A stretch of 64,000 nt of DNA, taken from positions 4,480,001-4,544,000 of the forward strand of contig OZ244744.1 of the NCBI GenBank assembly GCA_965219455.1. The letters are read 5' to 3'. The notes beneath the pieces were generated by a model that worked only from the letters and a program-made list of their open reading frames with translations, did not search any database and had not been told where the DNA came from. Source of the DNA: Candidatus Latescibacterota bacterium (GTDB lineage Bacteria > Latescibacterota > UBA2968 > GCA-2709665). Made by a program: the position numbers and the translations under genes. Position 1 is the stretch's first letter. Each line of letters starts with the position of its first letter. Of the stretch, positions 49,202 through 58,689 are shown piece by piece.

Positions 49202-52200
49202 ATGAATGAGCAGAAGCGCTTCATAGACTTTGTCTACAATGTAGATAAATTGAACATGATTTTCGCCGTGTCCAGCGTGGTGCTGGTTATTGCCGTGCTC
49301 TGGATGGTCTGGGACGACTACGACCGTGAATGGAAGGGCTTTCAGAAGGAAGCGATGTCGCTGGAGGCCTACAAGACAGAGGCGGAAATCAAGCTGGCTC
49401 AGGAGAACACTGACCAGGACGCCCTGAACGCGATTGAAGACGAACTCACGGGAATTGAGGCCGCGATTCAGGCGCATCAGCAGCGATACGACGCGGCGAC
49501 GAGCGAGTTGAAGCGGCTAACGCAGGCGGAATGGTACGGGGCCGATCAGAGGCTCAAGTTCGAGAAAGCGCAGTACGACGTGGTGAAGTTTGAATATGAA
49601 GACGCGGCCAAAGCGGGGCATGAGGAAACTGCTACGAAGAAAAAGGCCGAAATGGAAGCCATGGAAGTCCGGATCTACGAGTTCCGGCTGGCCAGGGAGG
49701 CGGTGGAGGAAAAACAGGCTGCGCAGCAGAAGATCATCGATGCAGTGGCGGGACAGAGGCAGGCGTTAGAGTCCAGACGGCGTTCGTTGCGCAAGGATGA
49801 AGAAAACCTGAGGCGCAAGTTGACGGGACTTGTGCCGAGTTTCCCCAACGTGTTCCGAAATCTGCCGGTGGTCGACTTTATCGATCCGTCCATTAAGGTC
49901 CGGCAGGTCGTGCTGGCCGACCTCAGAAACGAGCTCAACTTTACCACGGTTCCCCGGGTGGACCGATGTACCACGTGTCATTTGAACGTGGACCGCCCGG
50001 GGTACGAGCTCGATCGGGAAACCGGCTGGTTTGAGGACGAGACACTAAAGACGTATATGGAAACGGTCTACGGGGACGAAGACGTCCGGCTGGGGCGCAC
50101 CAGTGTATTTTCGACACATCCGAGGCTGGACCTTTTCCTGAGTAGCGGCTCACCCCACCCGATCGATGAGTCGGGGTGCACAACCTGTCATCTCGGTCGC
50201 GACCGGGGCGTGACGTTCAAGAATACGGCCCATACCCCGGGCGACGACGTCGAGGCGGCCCGCTGGAAAAAGCTGTACGGATGGAAGAAAATGAAATACT
50301 GGGACCACCCCATGCTGTCCAGCCGCTACGTCGAGTCGACGTGCGCTCAGTGCCACACGGGCGTTGTGGACGTACCCCGGGCGGAAAATCTGAATCGCGG
50401 TATCCATCTCGTGCGCACGCTGGGTTGCCACGGCTGCCACAAAATCGCCAGGCATACGCTGCGGAATCTGCGCAGGGTCGGCCCGGATCTCCGCAAGGCG
50501 GCCGGTAAGCTGGATCGTGAATGGGCCGTTAAGTGGGTGCGGGATCCCAAGGGGTTTCGTCCTTCCACCAAGATGCCCAAGATTTTCGATCTGTCCAACG
50601 TGAGTGGGCCGGAGGATATCCAGCGCAATACGGCAGCGGTCAACGCTGTTGTGGCGTTTATTTTCGAGAAGTCCGAGCGTCCCGTATACCCCCCGCCTCC
50701 GGTGCAGGGCGACGCCGGTCGGGGCGAACGTCTCGTCGAAATGGTGGGATGCAAGGCCTGCCACGTGGTGGGTGCGGACGATCGGTTGGGCCAGGAATAC
50801 GGGCAGCGGAATTTCGGCCCCAACCTGAACGAAGTTGGCAGCAAACTGTCTGCGGGCTGGCTGTTCGCATGGCTGAAGGATCCCACGGCCTATTTCCCGG
50901 ATACCCGGATGCCGAATCTGCGGCTGACCGACCGGGAGGCGGCCGATATCACGGCCTATCTGCTCACCCGTCGGAATACGGCGTTTGAAGCCCGACAGGT
51001 GGCGCCGGCGGACCCACAGGTCCGCGACGATCTGGTGCTGAACTATCTGCGCAGCCGGTTGCCCGTGAAGGCCGCGAGGGAGCAACTGGCTCAGATGTCG
51101 AGTCATGAGCGCGACATCTGGCTGGGCGAGAAGATCATCTCCCGGCAGGGCTGTTTCGGATGCCACCTCATTCCGGGATTCGAAGATACCCAGCCGATCG
51201 GCACGGAACTGACCGAGGAAGGCAGCAAGGACGTGGACAAGCTGGATTTCGGTCTGCTGGCCAGGAAGGCGGGTTCCTCCTACGACAGCGATCCCGACGC
51301 CATACCCTATACGCGTCACGACTGGTTCTACAAAAAGCTCAAACAACCCCGCGTCTTCGATAAGGGCAAGGTGAGGCTGTTCGACGACAAGCTGCGTATG
51401 CCCCAGTTCGGTCTGAGCGATGAGGATGCGCACGCGGTGACGACGGCGCTGCTGAGCATGAACAGGAGCCAGGTGGGGGCCAACTCGATAAAACGCCTGG
51501 CGCCCGAGGAAGTCGATATCGAGAAGGGCCGCTGGCTGGTTTACGACAGAAATTGCAAAGGGTGCCACGTCGTCGAGAATCAGGGCGGGGCGATCCGCGA
51601 TCCACTGGTGAAGGCCTACGGGGCCGAGGACGTTTCCGCCTCCGACGCCGAGGGTTTCGTGCCGCCGGTCCTGAACGGCGAGGGCAGGAAAGTTCAGTCG
51701 GACTGGTTCTTCGCTTTCCTGAAGAACGTGGAGCCTATCCGTCCGTGGCTCGAGGCACGGATGCCCACGTTCGGATTCGAAGACCGGCAGGCCATCGATC
51801 TGGTCACTTATTTTTCCCGCCTCGACAAGGAGCAGTTTCCCTACGCGACGTTTGTGCATAAGCGTTTGAGTTCTAAGGAATTGAGTGGCGCGAAGAAGCT
51901 GTTCAGCGAGGACATTTACAACTGTTTCACCTGCCACCAGCAGGGCGATATCAAGCCCAAAGGCGACCCGGCAAGCTGGGCGCCCGACCTGAAGTTGGCG
52001 CGGGAGCGGCTGAAACCGGCGTGGATCCGGGACTGGTTGTGGGATCCGCAAAAGATTCAGCCGGGAACCAAAATGCCCACGTTTTTCGGTGACGAGATGA
52101 CCTACCTTCCGGTAGAAATGGCCGCCTATCTGAAGCTGCCCGAGGGGGTCAAGCCCGAGGATGGCCTGCTCGTCCTGCCAACCGACGTGGTCATTCAGGC

Positions 52201-52270
52201 GCTCACGGACTACATCGTCTACGGCTTGCACCAGGATGCCCGGCTGACAAGTGTTTCGTCACGGAAATAG
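49202..52270 (+). CDS. Membrane-anchored multiheme (8 CxxCH) cytochrome c with coiled-coil stalk
   Basis: CTTCH x2, CAQCH, CHGCH, CKACH, CFGCH, CKGCH and CFTCH; distal MP motifs; N-terminal TM helix then coiled coil. Confidence 0.92.
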   Translation: MNEQKRFIDFVYNVDKLNMIFAVSSVVLVIAVLWMVWDDYDREWKGFQKEAMSLEAYKTEAEIKLAQENTDQDALNAIEDELTGIEAAIQAHQQRYDAATSELKRLTQAEWYGADQRLKFEKAQYDVVKFEYEDAAKAGHEETATKKKAEMEAMEVRIYEFRLAREAVEEKQAAQQKIIDAVAGQRQALESRRRSLRKDEENLRRKLTGLVPSFPNVFRNLPVVDFIDPSIKVRQVVLADLRNELNFTTVPRVDRCTTCHLNVDRPGYELDRETGWFEDETLKTYMETVYGDEDVRLGRTSVFSTHPRLDLFLSSGSPHPIDESGCTTCHLGRDRGVTFKNTAHTPGDDVEAARWKKLYGWKKMKYWDHPMLSSRYVESTCAQCHTGVVDVPRAENLNRGIHLVRTLGCHGCHKIARHTLRNLRRVGPDLRKAAGKLDREWAVKWVRDPKGFRPSTKMPKIFDLSNVSGPEDIQRNTAAVNAVVAFIFEKSERPVYPPPPVQGDAGRGERLVEMVGCKACHVVGADDRLGQEYGQRNFGPNLNEVGSKLSAGWLFAWLKDPTAYFPDTRMPNLRLTDREAADITAYLLTRRNTAFEARQVAPADPQVRDDLVLNYLRSRLPVKAAREQLAQMSSHERDIWLGEKIISRQGCFGCHLIPGFEDTQPIGTELTEEGSKDVDKLDFGLLARKAGSSYDSDPDAIPYTRHDWFYKKLKQPRVFDKGKVRLFDDKLRMPQFGLSDEDAHAVTTALLSMNRSQVGANSIKRLAPEEVDIEKGRWLVYDRNCKGCHVVENQGGAIRDPLVKAYGAEDVSASDAEGFVPPVLNGEGRKVQSDWFFAFLKNVEPIRPWLEARMPTFGFEDRQAIDLVTYFSRLDKEQFPYATFVHKRLSSKELSGAKKLFSEDIYNCFTCHQQGDIKPKGDPASWAPDLKLARERLKPAWIRDWLWDPQKIQPGTKMPTFFGDEMTYLPVEMAAYLKLPEGVKPEDGLLVLPTDVVIQALTDYIVYGLHQDARLTSVSSRK

Positions 52271-52413
52271 ATCGCCGAAATTCGGCCGTCGAGTCGCCCG
52301 TATCGCAAGGAGCCTTCGCGCAGGTGACCTGCGCAAGGTCAGCGAGCGAGGGCAACGCAGCGAGACGGGATGAATCGGCGGAAGAATGGTGACATATTTC
52401 CGGGACGGGACAC
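52251..52413. mobile_element. MITE-like element, family C, copy 2 (inverted), overlapping the cytochrome c stop codon
   Basis: Terminal inverted repeats GTGTTTCGTCACGGAAATA / TATTTCCGGGACGGGACAC; both ends match 5223-5419 in reverse orientation. Confidence 0.7.
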
Positions 52414-52539
52414 AGAACGATAGTTGGAACTTCGGGTGTCGTCACGATTGAAATTAAAGAGGGAACGTCAGCCGGCGAGCGGCGCGAAAGTCCGTCCGGC
52501 CAGTTGCAACCGTAAACGCAAGAGAGAGGGGATATCACG

Positions 52540-53289
52540 ATGGAACGACGCGGGTTTATTGCAACGCTTATTGCGTTGAGTTTCACCTGTTTTGCGTCAG
52601 GCGACGCGGTGGCGGGCGCGACGGTTTCCGGAACCATCAAACTGGAGTTCCCGGGCGGAAAAAAACCGGGCCGCAAGAAAATCCAGATGGCGGCCGACCC
52701 GGTCTGCGCGGGAAAACACACCGGCGGGCCGGCATTGAGCGAGGTCGTGGTGGTGGAGGACGATGGGGGTCTGCACAACGTGTTTGTCTACGTCAAGAAG
52801 GGGTTGGAGGGGAAGAAGTTCGACACGCCCGCCGAGGCCGCCGTTCTGGATCAGCAGGGCTGTATATACAGACCCCACGTCCTGGGCGTTATGGCAGGGC
52901 AGTCGATTACGGTGTTGAACAGCGACGGGACCCTGCACAACATCCATCCGAAGCCGCAGAACTCCTCCGAAGTCAATAGAGCGATGCCGAAGTTTTTGAA
53001 GAAGATCACGATTTCGTTCGCAAATTCGGAGGTGATGGTACCGGTCAAATGCGATGTGCATCCCTGGATGCGATCCTATATCGGCGTGATGGAACATCCT
53101 TTCTTCGCCGTTAGCGGAGAGGGCGGCAAATTCGAGATCGCGGGGTTGCCGGCGGGCGCCTATACCATCGAGGCATGGCACGAAAGCCAGCGGCTGGGCA
53201 CGATGACGGAGGAGATTACGGTTGCCGATGGCGAGTCCAAATCCCTGGATTTCATGTTCAAAATAAAGGCGAGAAAGCCGAAGAACTAG
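52540..53289 (+). CDS. Exported cupredoxin-like/carboxypeptidase-regulatory-like domain protein
   Basis: Signal peptide; DPVC, LDQQGCIYRPHV, NSDGTLHNIH, KCDVHPWM and LPAGAYTIEAWHE. Confidence 0.8.
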   Translation: MERRGFIATLIALSFTCFASGDAVAGATVSGTIKLEFPGGKKPGRKKIQMAADPVCAGKHTGGPALSEVVVVEDDGGLHNVFVYVKKGLEGKKFDTPAEAAVLDQQGCIYRPHVLGVMAGQSITVLNSDGTLHNIHPKPQNSSEVNRAMPKFLKKITISFANSEVMVPVKCDVHPWMRSYIGVMEHPFFAVSGEGGKFEIAGLPAGAYTIEAWHESQRLGTMTEEITVADGESKSLDFMFKIKARKPKN

Positions 53290-53361
53290 GCGCGCTTCCT
53301 CGGACTGGCAACGCGGGCGGATGATAGGGTCCGCCCCGCGACAATACGTGAGGGGTCCCGA

Positions 53362-54132
53362 ATGCAAGAAAAGGTGTACGGTTACTGGCTGCCAATTGAT
53401 ATCTCAACACACGGCGCAACCGTGGATTGGCTGATCAATTGGCTGCATGTCTTTATGTTGGCGCTGTTTCTGGGTTGGGGCGTGTTCTTTGTCTACTGCC
53501 TTGTCCGGTACCGGAGGAGAACAAACCCCGCGGCGACTTACGATCCCGTGAAGGGAAAACTGGCCAAATACGTGGAGTACGGCGTGATCGTCGTCGAGGC
53601 CGTGCTGCTTGTCGGACTCTCCATGCCGCTCTGGGCGGACTTCAAACACGCGTTTCCCGACGAATCCGACGCGCTGGTGGTGCGGGTGGTGCCCGAGCAG
53701 TTTGCATGGAATATCCACTATTCGGGGAAAGACGGAATATTCGGACGGTCGGCGCCGCAATTCGTGAGCGCCGATAATCTGCTTGGGCTGGATCCCGACG
53801 ATCCGAACGGCAACGACGATTTCAATGCCATCAACAACCTGCATATTGTGAAGGACAAGCCCGTCATTGCGCACCTCTCGTCGAAGGATGTCATTCACAG
53901 CTTCAAGATCCCGGTGATGCGATTGACGCAGGATGCGATTCCCGGGCAGGACATCAAGATCTGGTTCGAGGCGACCAGGACCGGTACGTTCGATATCGCG
54001 TGTGCCCAGCTGTGCGGTCTGGGGCACTATCGCATGCGCGGGCAATTGACGATCGAGTCGGAAGCGGTGTTCCAGGCCTGGTTCGATGAGCAGTCCGGCG
54101 CAGCGGATGAAGAAGACGAGTTTTCCTTTTAA
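53362..54132 (+). CDS. coxB: Cytochrome c oxidase subunit II (CuA)
   Basis: Two TM helices, QFAW, DVIHSF and CAQLCGLGHYRM. Confidence 0.95.
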   Translation: MQEKVYGYWLPIDISTHGATVDWLINWLHVFMLALFLGWGVFFVYCLVRYRRRTNPAATYDPVKGKLAKYVEYGVIVVEAVLLVGLSMPLWADFKHAFPDESDALVVRVVPEQFAWNIHYSGKDGIFGRSAPQFVSADNLLGLDPDDPNGNDDFNAINNLHIVKDKPVIAHLSSKDVIHSFKIPVMRLTQDAIPGQDIKIWFEATRTGTFDIACAQLCGLGHYRMRGQLTIESEAVFQAWFDEQSGAADEEDEFSF

Positions 54133-54144
54133 GGAGCCTGTTTT

Positions 54145-55941
54145 ATGGCTGAGCAAGCGCACGGTGATCACGGACACCATGAATTGACGTACTGGCGCAA
54201 GTACATTTTTTCCGTCGATCACAAAATTATCGGGATTCAATACGCGGTCACCGCCCTGTTTTTCCTGTTTTTCGGCTTCTGCCTGATGATGATGATGCGG
54301 TGGCAGTTGGCCTATCCCGGGCAGCCGATACCCTGGATCGGCAAGTTGTTCAGCGCGGTGAACATGCCGGAAGGCGTGATGGTGCCGGAGTTTTACAACC
54401 AGCTCGGGGCCATGCACGGAACCATCATGGTGTTCCTGGGCGTGGTTCCGCTGGCCGTGGGTGGATTCGGGAACTACGTGCTGCCCCTCCAGATCGGCGC
54501 GCCGGACATGGCGTTTCCGAAGATCAACATGGCGAGTTACTGGATATTTGTCGTGGGCGGCATCATTATGCTGGCCAGCTTCTTCGTTCCCGAGGGTGCG
54601 GCTCAGTCCGGCTGGACGTCCTATCCTCCGCTGGCCAACATCGCGCCAACGGGGCAGACCTGGTGGCTGTGGGGCATGGTGGCCCTGATTACGTCATCAT
54701 TACTGGGCTCGGTGAATTTTATCGTAACGACGGTGCAGATGAGGGCGGAGGGGCTGTCGTTCTTCCGGCTGCCGTTTTTTGTGTGGGCGCAGTTCGTGAC
54801 GGCGTTCCTGCTGCTGCTGGCGTTCCCGCCGCTGGAGGCCGCCGGCGTTATGCAGCTCATGGATCGGATCGGGGGTACCAGCTTCTTCATGCCGAGCGGC
54901 CTGGTCGTAACAGGGCAGGCGCTGGAAGTGAGCGGCGGCGGCAGTCCGCTGCTGTGGCAGCACCTGTTCTGGTTTCTTGCGCATCCGGAAGTCTACGTTC
55001 TGATTCTGCCGGCGATGGGCATCGTCGGCGAGATTGTGGCCAACAATACCCGCCGGCCGCTATGGGGGTATCGCACGCTGGTCTACTCGATTATCTTTGT
55101 CGGGTTCATGTCGTTTACCGTCTGGGCGCACCATATGTTCATGACGGGGATGGGGACCACAATCAGTACCTTCTTCCAGGCCACGACCATGATCATCTCC
55201 ATTCCGTCGGTGATTATCCTGACGGCGTTTGCGTTGAGCCTGTACGGCGCGTCCATCCGGTTTTCGGTGCCCATGCTGTTCTGCCTGGCATTCATTCCCA
55301 TGTTCGCCATCGGGGGGTTGACCGGGCTTCCGCTGGGTCTCACGGCCGCGGACCTGCATCTGCACGATACGTATTACGTGATCGGCCATTTCCACTATGT
55401 GGTGGCGCCGGGCACGATATTTGCGCTGTTTGCCGGGGTCTATCACTGGTTTCCCAAGGTGACCGGCCGCATGATGAACGAGGCATTGGGCAAGCTGCAT
55501 TTCTGGTTCAGCCTGATCTTTATGAACGGTGTATTCATGCCGATGTTGTTCGTGGGGATGGCCGGGGTTTCCAGGCGGCTTTACGACCAGACACAGTACG
55601 CGTACGGGGCGCAGGTGCAGGGGCTGACAACGATGAGTTCCTGGTCTGCATGGCTAATGGGGCTGGCGCAGATATTCTTCATCGTCAATTTCTTTATGAG
55701 TATAAGGAAGGGCCGGAAGGTTGAGTCGGACAATCCGTGGCAGGCCACCACCCTGGAGTGGGCAACGCCCACGCCGCCTCCGCACGGGAATTTCGCGGTT
55801 CCGCCTACGGTCTACCGCGGGCCGTACGAATATAGCGTGCCCGGGGCCTCGAGCGATTTCACGCCACAATACGCGTCTGAAAACGGGCAGGTGGCTCAAC
55901 CCGAGCCCGCGCCCACGCCCACGCCCGCGGACGACGACTAA
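54145..55941 (+). CDS. coxA: Cytochrome c oxidase subunit I (type A, HPEVY)
   Basis: DHKIIG, MHGTIM, GWTSYPPL, WFLAHPEVY, WAHHMF and HDTYYVIGHFHY. Confidence 0.97.
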   Translation: MAEQAHGDHGHHELTYWRKYIFSVDHKIIGIQYAVTALFFLFFGFCLMMMMRWQLAYPGQPIPWIGKLFSAVNMPEGVMVPEFYNQLGAMHGTIMVFLGVVPLAVGGFGNYVLPLQIGAPDMAFPKINMASYWIFVVGGIIMLASFFVPEGAAQSGWTSYPPLANIAPTGQTWWLWGMVALITSSLLGSVNFIVTTVQMRAEGLSFFRLPFFVWAQFVTAFLLLLAFPPLEAAGVMQLMDRIGGTSFFMPSGLVVTGQALEVSGGGSPLLWQHLFWFLAHPEVYVLILPAMGIVGEIVANNTRRPLWGYRTLVYSIIFVGFMSFTVWAHHMFMTGMGTTISTFFQATTMIISIPSVIILTAFALSLYGASIRFSVPMLFCLAFIPMFAIGGLTGLPLGLTAADLHLHDTYYVIGHFHYVVAPGTIFALFAGVYHWFPKVTGRMMNEALGKLHFWFSLIFMNGVFMPMLFVGMAGVSRRLYDQTQYAYGAQVQGLTTMSSWSAWLMGLAQIFFIVNFFMSIRKGRKVESDNPWQATTLEWATPTPPPHGNFAVPPTVYRGPYEYSVPGASSDFTPQYASENGQVAQPEPAPTPTPADDD

Positions 55942-56006
55942 CCCCGCTGTCGGCGAGGGCGGTGGAACCGAGGTGTCGGTCCGCGACAACGCAAAGGAGA
56001 TAAACG

Positions 56007-56606
56007 GTGTCCGTTGAAGAAATTCCCCACACGGTGGAGCCGCATCCGATAACCGGGGTATATAACGGGAAGTTCGGGATCTGGTTGTTCCTGGCGTCCG
56101 AGGTGATGCTGTTTGGTGCGCTGTTTTCAACGCTGGTCCTGCTCAGGGTCGGCGCGCCGTCCTGGCCGCACGGCTGGGAGTTGCTGAATGTCCCGCTGGC
56201 CACGCTGAATACGTTCGTGCTCATCGCCTCCAGTGTGACCATGGTGATGTCCTGGGCATCCTTGAAAATGGACAACTTCGGCAGGTTCAAGCTCTATCTG
56301 GGCCTGACGGTATTGCTGGCGTTTGTGTTCCTGGTTGTGAAGTACTTCGAATACACCCACAAATTTCATCTCGGCATCTATCCGTCCACCAACACGTTTT
56401 ACGCCACGTATTTTACGATGACCGGCCTGCATGGACTGCACGTGATCGGTGGCATCGTCGTAAATCTCTACCTGCTGTTCCCGGGCAGCAAGCTCTGGCA
56501 CACGGCGCCGGAGCAGTTTGCAAACCGGATCGAGTGCGCCGGACTTTACTGGCACTTTGTAGATCTGGTCTGGATCTTTTTGTTCCCGATTCTTTATCTG
56601 CTGTAA
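56007..56606 (+). CDS. coxC: Cytochrome c oxidase subunit III
   Basis: WLFLASEVMLF, TGLHGLHV and GLYWHFVDLVW. Confidence 0.95.
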   Translation: MSVEEIPHTVEPHPITGVYNGKFGIWLFLASEVMLFGALFSTLVLLRVGAPSWPHGWELLNVPLATLNTFVLIASSVTMVMSWASLKMDNFGRFKLYLGLTVLLAFVFLVVKYFEYTHKFHLGIYPSTNTFYATYFTMTGLHGLHVIGGIVVNLYLLFPGSKLWHTAPEQFANRIECAGLYWHFVDLVWIFLFPILYLL

Positions 56607-56793
56607 GAAGCTGTTTTAAAATTACCGGTGAGTTCCCGAGCGCGAGCGAAAAAGGGGCGGTCAAGGCGGGCGAAGTCGCCCAAGAGAGGCGAGCGAGCGC
56701 AGCCTCGACCTCTCAATACAGGTGGCTTTGACCAACACCGACCGGCGCTTTTGCAGCCGCGCGAAGACCGCTGGGAATTTTAAGACAGCTTCT
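56606..56793. mobile_element. MITE-like element, family B
   Basis: Terminal inverted repeats AGAAGCTGTTTTAAAATT / AATTTTAAGACAGCTTCT; begins at the TAA stop of coxC and ends at TAAGGAG. Confidence 0.75.
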
Positions 56794-56805
56794 AAGGAGC
56801 CTGGT

Positions 56806-57123
56806 ATGGCTGATAGCGCCGAAGAGATCAGAAAGCATGTTCGGGTTTACATTTTGGTGTTTGCCGCGCTGGCCGTGCTGACGGGCGTCACGGTCGGCGT
56901 GTCCTATCTTCAGATCGAGTCGGTGGCGGCTACCGTCCTGATCGCGCTATTCATTGCGAGTATCAAGGGCGGGCTGGTCGCCGGATATTTCATGCATCTG
57001 GTTTCGGAAAAACAGATCGTCTACTGGGTGCTGGCGCTAACGGTCGTGTTTTTTGCCGTACTGATGCTGGTTCCGGTGGTTACCGAATTCTCGGGCGTGG
57101 GTGAACTGATGGGCAAGACCTGA
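56806..57123 (+). CDS. Cytochrome c oxidase subunit IV family protein
   Basis: Y..VF.AL..LT, IASIKGGLVAGYFMHL; three TM helices. Confidence 0.9.
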   Translation: MADSAEEIRKHVRVYILVFAALAVLTGVTVGVSYLQIESVAATVLIALFIASIKGGLVAGYFMHLVSEKQIVYWVLALTVVFFAVLMLVPVVTEFSGVGELMGKT

Positions 57124-57136
57124 ACCGGAGAACGCG

Positions 57137-57343
57137 ATGTCTCTTAAAGCATTCCACGTGGTCTTTGTGATTGTGTCCATTCTCTGCTGTCTGGGATTTG
57201 GCATCTGGGCTATACAGGACTATGTCGCAACAGGCAACAGAACGAATCTCGGACTGGGTGTCGGCTCCTTCGCGGGGTGCGGCGTGCTGGTCTGGTACGG
57301 CCTGTGGTTCCTGAAGAAGCTCAAGGGATGGAGTTATCTATGA
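57137..57343 (+). CDS. Small two-TM membrane protein
   Basis: MSLKAFHVVF...WFLKKLK; RBS GGAG; ATGA overlap with the next gene. Confidence 0.75.
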   Translation: MSLKAFHVVFVIVSILCCLGFGIWAIQDYVATGNRTNLGLGVGSFAGCGVLVWYGLWFLKKLKGWSYL

Positions 57344-57636
57344 GGCGGACCTGCGTTGCGGCGGCCGTGGTTGCGGCGGTGATGCTGCCCGAGATGGTGC
57401 GGGCCTGTGCAGTGTGTTATGGGAATCCGGAATCGGATATGGCAAAGGGCGCGGCGGCGGGCGTTCTGGTGCTGATGGGCATCATCGTGTCCGTGCTGGC
57501 CGGGATTGTGGGGGTGACGGTGTTCTGGATGCGCCGGGCGCGCCGCTACCGGAACGCACGTGCGCAATATATATCCGAACGACGAACGGGGTTTCCGGGT
57601 ATGAACGGTAAGTGGCTTGCCGCCGACGCGGAATAA
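57340..57636 (+). CDS. Small membrane protein with CxxC after a signal peptide
   Basis: Signal-like N-terminus, ACAVCYG, then one TM helix. Confidence 0.7.
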   Translation: MRRTCVAAAVVAAVMLPEMVRACAVCYGNPESDMAKGAAAGVLVLMGIIVSVLAGIVGVTVFWMRRARRYRNARAQYISERRTGFPGMNGKWLAADAE

Positions 57637-57664
57637 GTGGAGCTGGCGGGTGAGCCGGACGGAG

Positions 57665-58669
57665 ATGGATATCGCGATGGCGCAGGGGTATCGCTGGCTG
57701 CACCGGTTTTCCGTGTTCACGGCCGGCGCAACCCTTTTTTTAATTTTCGCCGGCGCAATGGTCAGCAGTACGGGTTCGGGGCTGGCGGTTCCGGACTGGC
57801 CGCTCTCCTACGGAATGGTTTTTCCGCCCATGGTGGGCGGGATCTTCTACGAACACGGACACCGGATGGTGGCGACCTTTGTGGGGATCCTGACCACGGT
57901 TCTTGCCATCTGGTTGTGGCGTAGGGAAGAGCGGGGTTGGTTGCGGGGCCTGGGCGTGGCGGCTCTGGCCGCCATTGTCCTGCAGGGTCTGCTGGGCGGT
58001 TTGACGGTGCTGTATCTCCTGCCCACGTGGATTTCCGTTAGCCACGCCTGCCTGGCGCAGGCCTTTTTCTGTCTAACCGTTGGTATCGCGCTGTTTACGT
58101 CGGCCGGGTGGCGTACGGCCGCCGAGCCGTTACCGGAGACGGGCGGTGTACCGCTGAGTTGGCTGGCTGCGGCCGGCACAACGGCGGTTTTCGTTCAACT
58201 GGTATTAGGCGCACTGATGCGGCATACCGAGTCCGGTCTGGCCATTCCCGATTTTCCACTTTCCTTTGGCCGTCTGATTCCGCCGTTTTCCGAATTGACG
58301 GTCGATGCAACGGACCCGTTTCCCATCTCGATCGATACGTACAGGACGCGCGTGGCCATTCACTTTGCCCATCGGGCCTGGGCCGTTGCTGTGTCGGGTG
58401 TTCTGATCTGGGGTGTGTGCCGCGTGCTGCGCGCGTACAAGACCCGACCCGCATTGACGAGGCCCTCGTTGGCGCTACTGGGGCTGCTGTTTGTTCAGCT
58501 TGCTCTGGGCGCCCTGGTGATCTGGACCGGTAAGGTCGTCGCGATTACGACGTTGCATGTCGTGGTGGGCGCGGCGGTGCTGGCTACCAGCCTGGTGCTG
58601 ACGCTTCGCGTATGGCGGATGCATGCCGCTACAGATACGGGGATCGTATTCACGGGCGCGGCACGTTGA
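57665..58669 (+). CDS. ctaA: Heme A synthase (COX15/CtaA)
   Basis: SGLAVPDWP, EHGHR, QGLLGG, HACLAQ, HFAHR and TLHV. Confidence 0.9.
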   Translation: MDIAMAQGYRWLHRFSVFTAGATLFLIFAGAMVSSTGSGLAVPDWPLSYGMVFPPMVGGIFYEHGHRMVATFVGILTTVLAIWLWRREERGWLRGLGVAALAAIVLQGLLGGLTVLYLLPTWISVSHACLAQAFFCLTVGIALFTSAGWRTAAEPLPETGGVPLSWLAAAGTTAVFVQLVLGALMRHTESGLAIPDFPLSFGRLIPPFSELTVDATDPFPISIDTYRTRVAIHFAHRAWAVAVSGVLIWGVCRVLRAYKTRPALTRPSLALLGLLFVQLALGALVIWTGKVVAITTLHVVVGAAVLATSLVLTLRVWRMHAATDTGIVFTGAAR

Positions 58670-58689
58670 GTGTTGGAGGTTCTACTTTT

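Noticed and set aside
50150-52231. Long antisense ORFs (e.g. 50150..52231, 1347..3089, 33268..34938, 27793..29214)
   Set aside because: Shadow frames of well-supported genes, expected in GC-rich DNA, with no recognisable motifs.
56722-56805. N-terminal extension of oxidase subunit IV
   Set aside because: Derived from MITE family B; the start after TAAGGAG at 56806 fits better.
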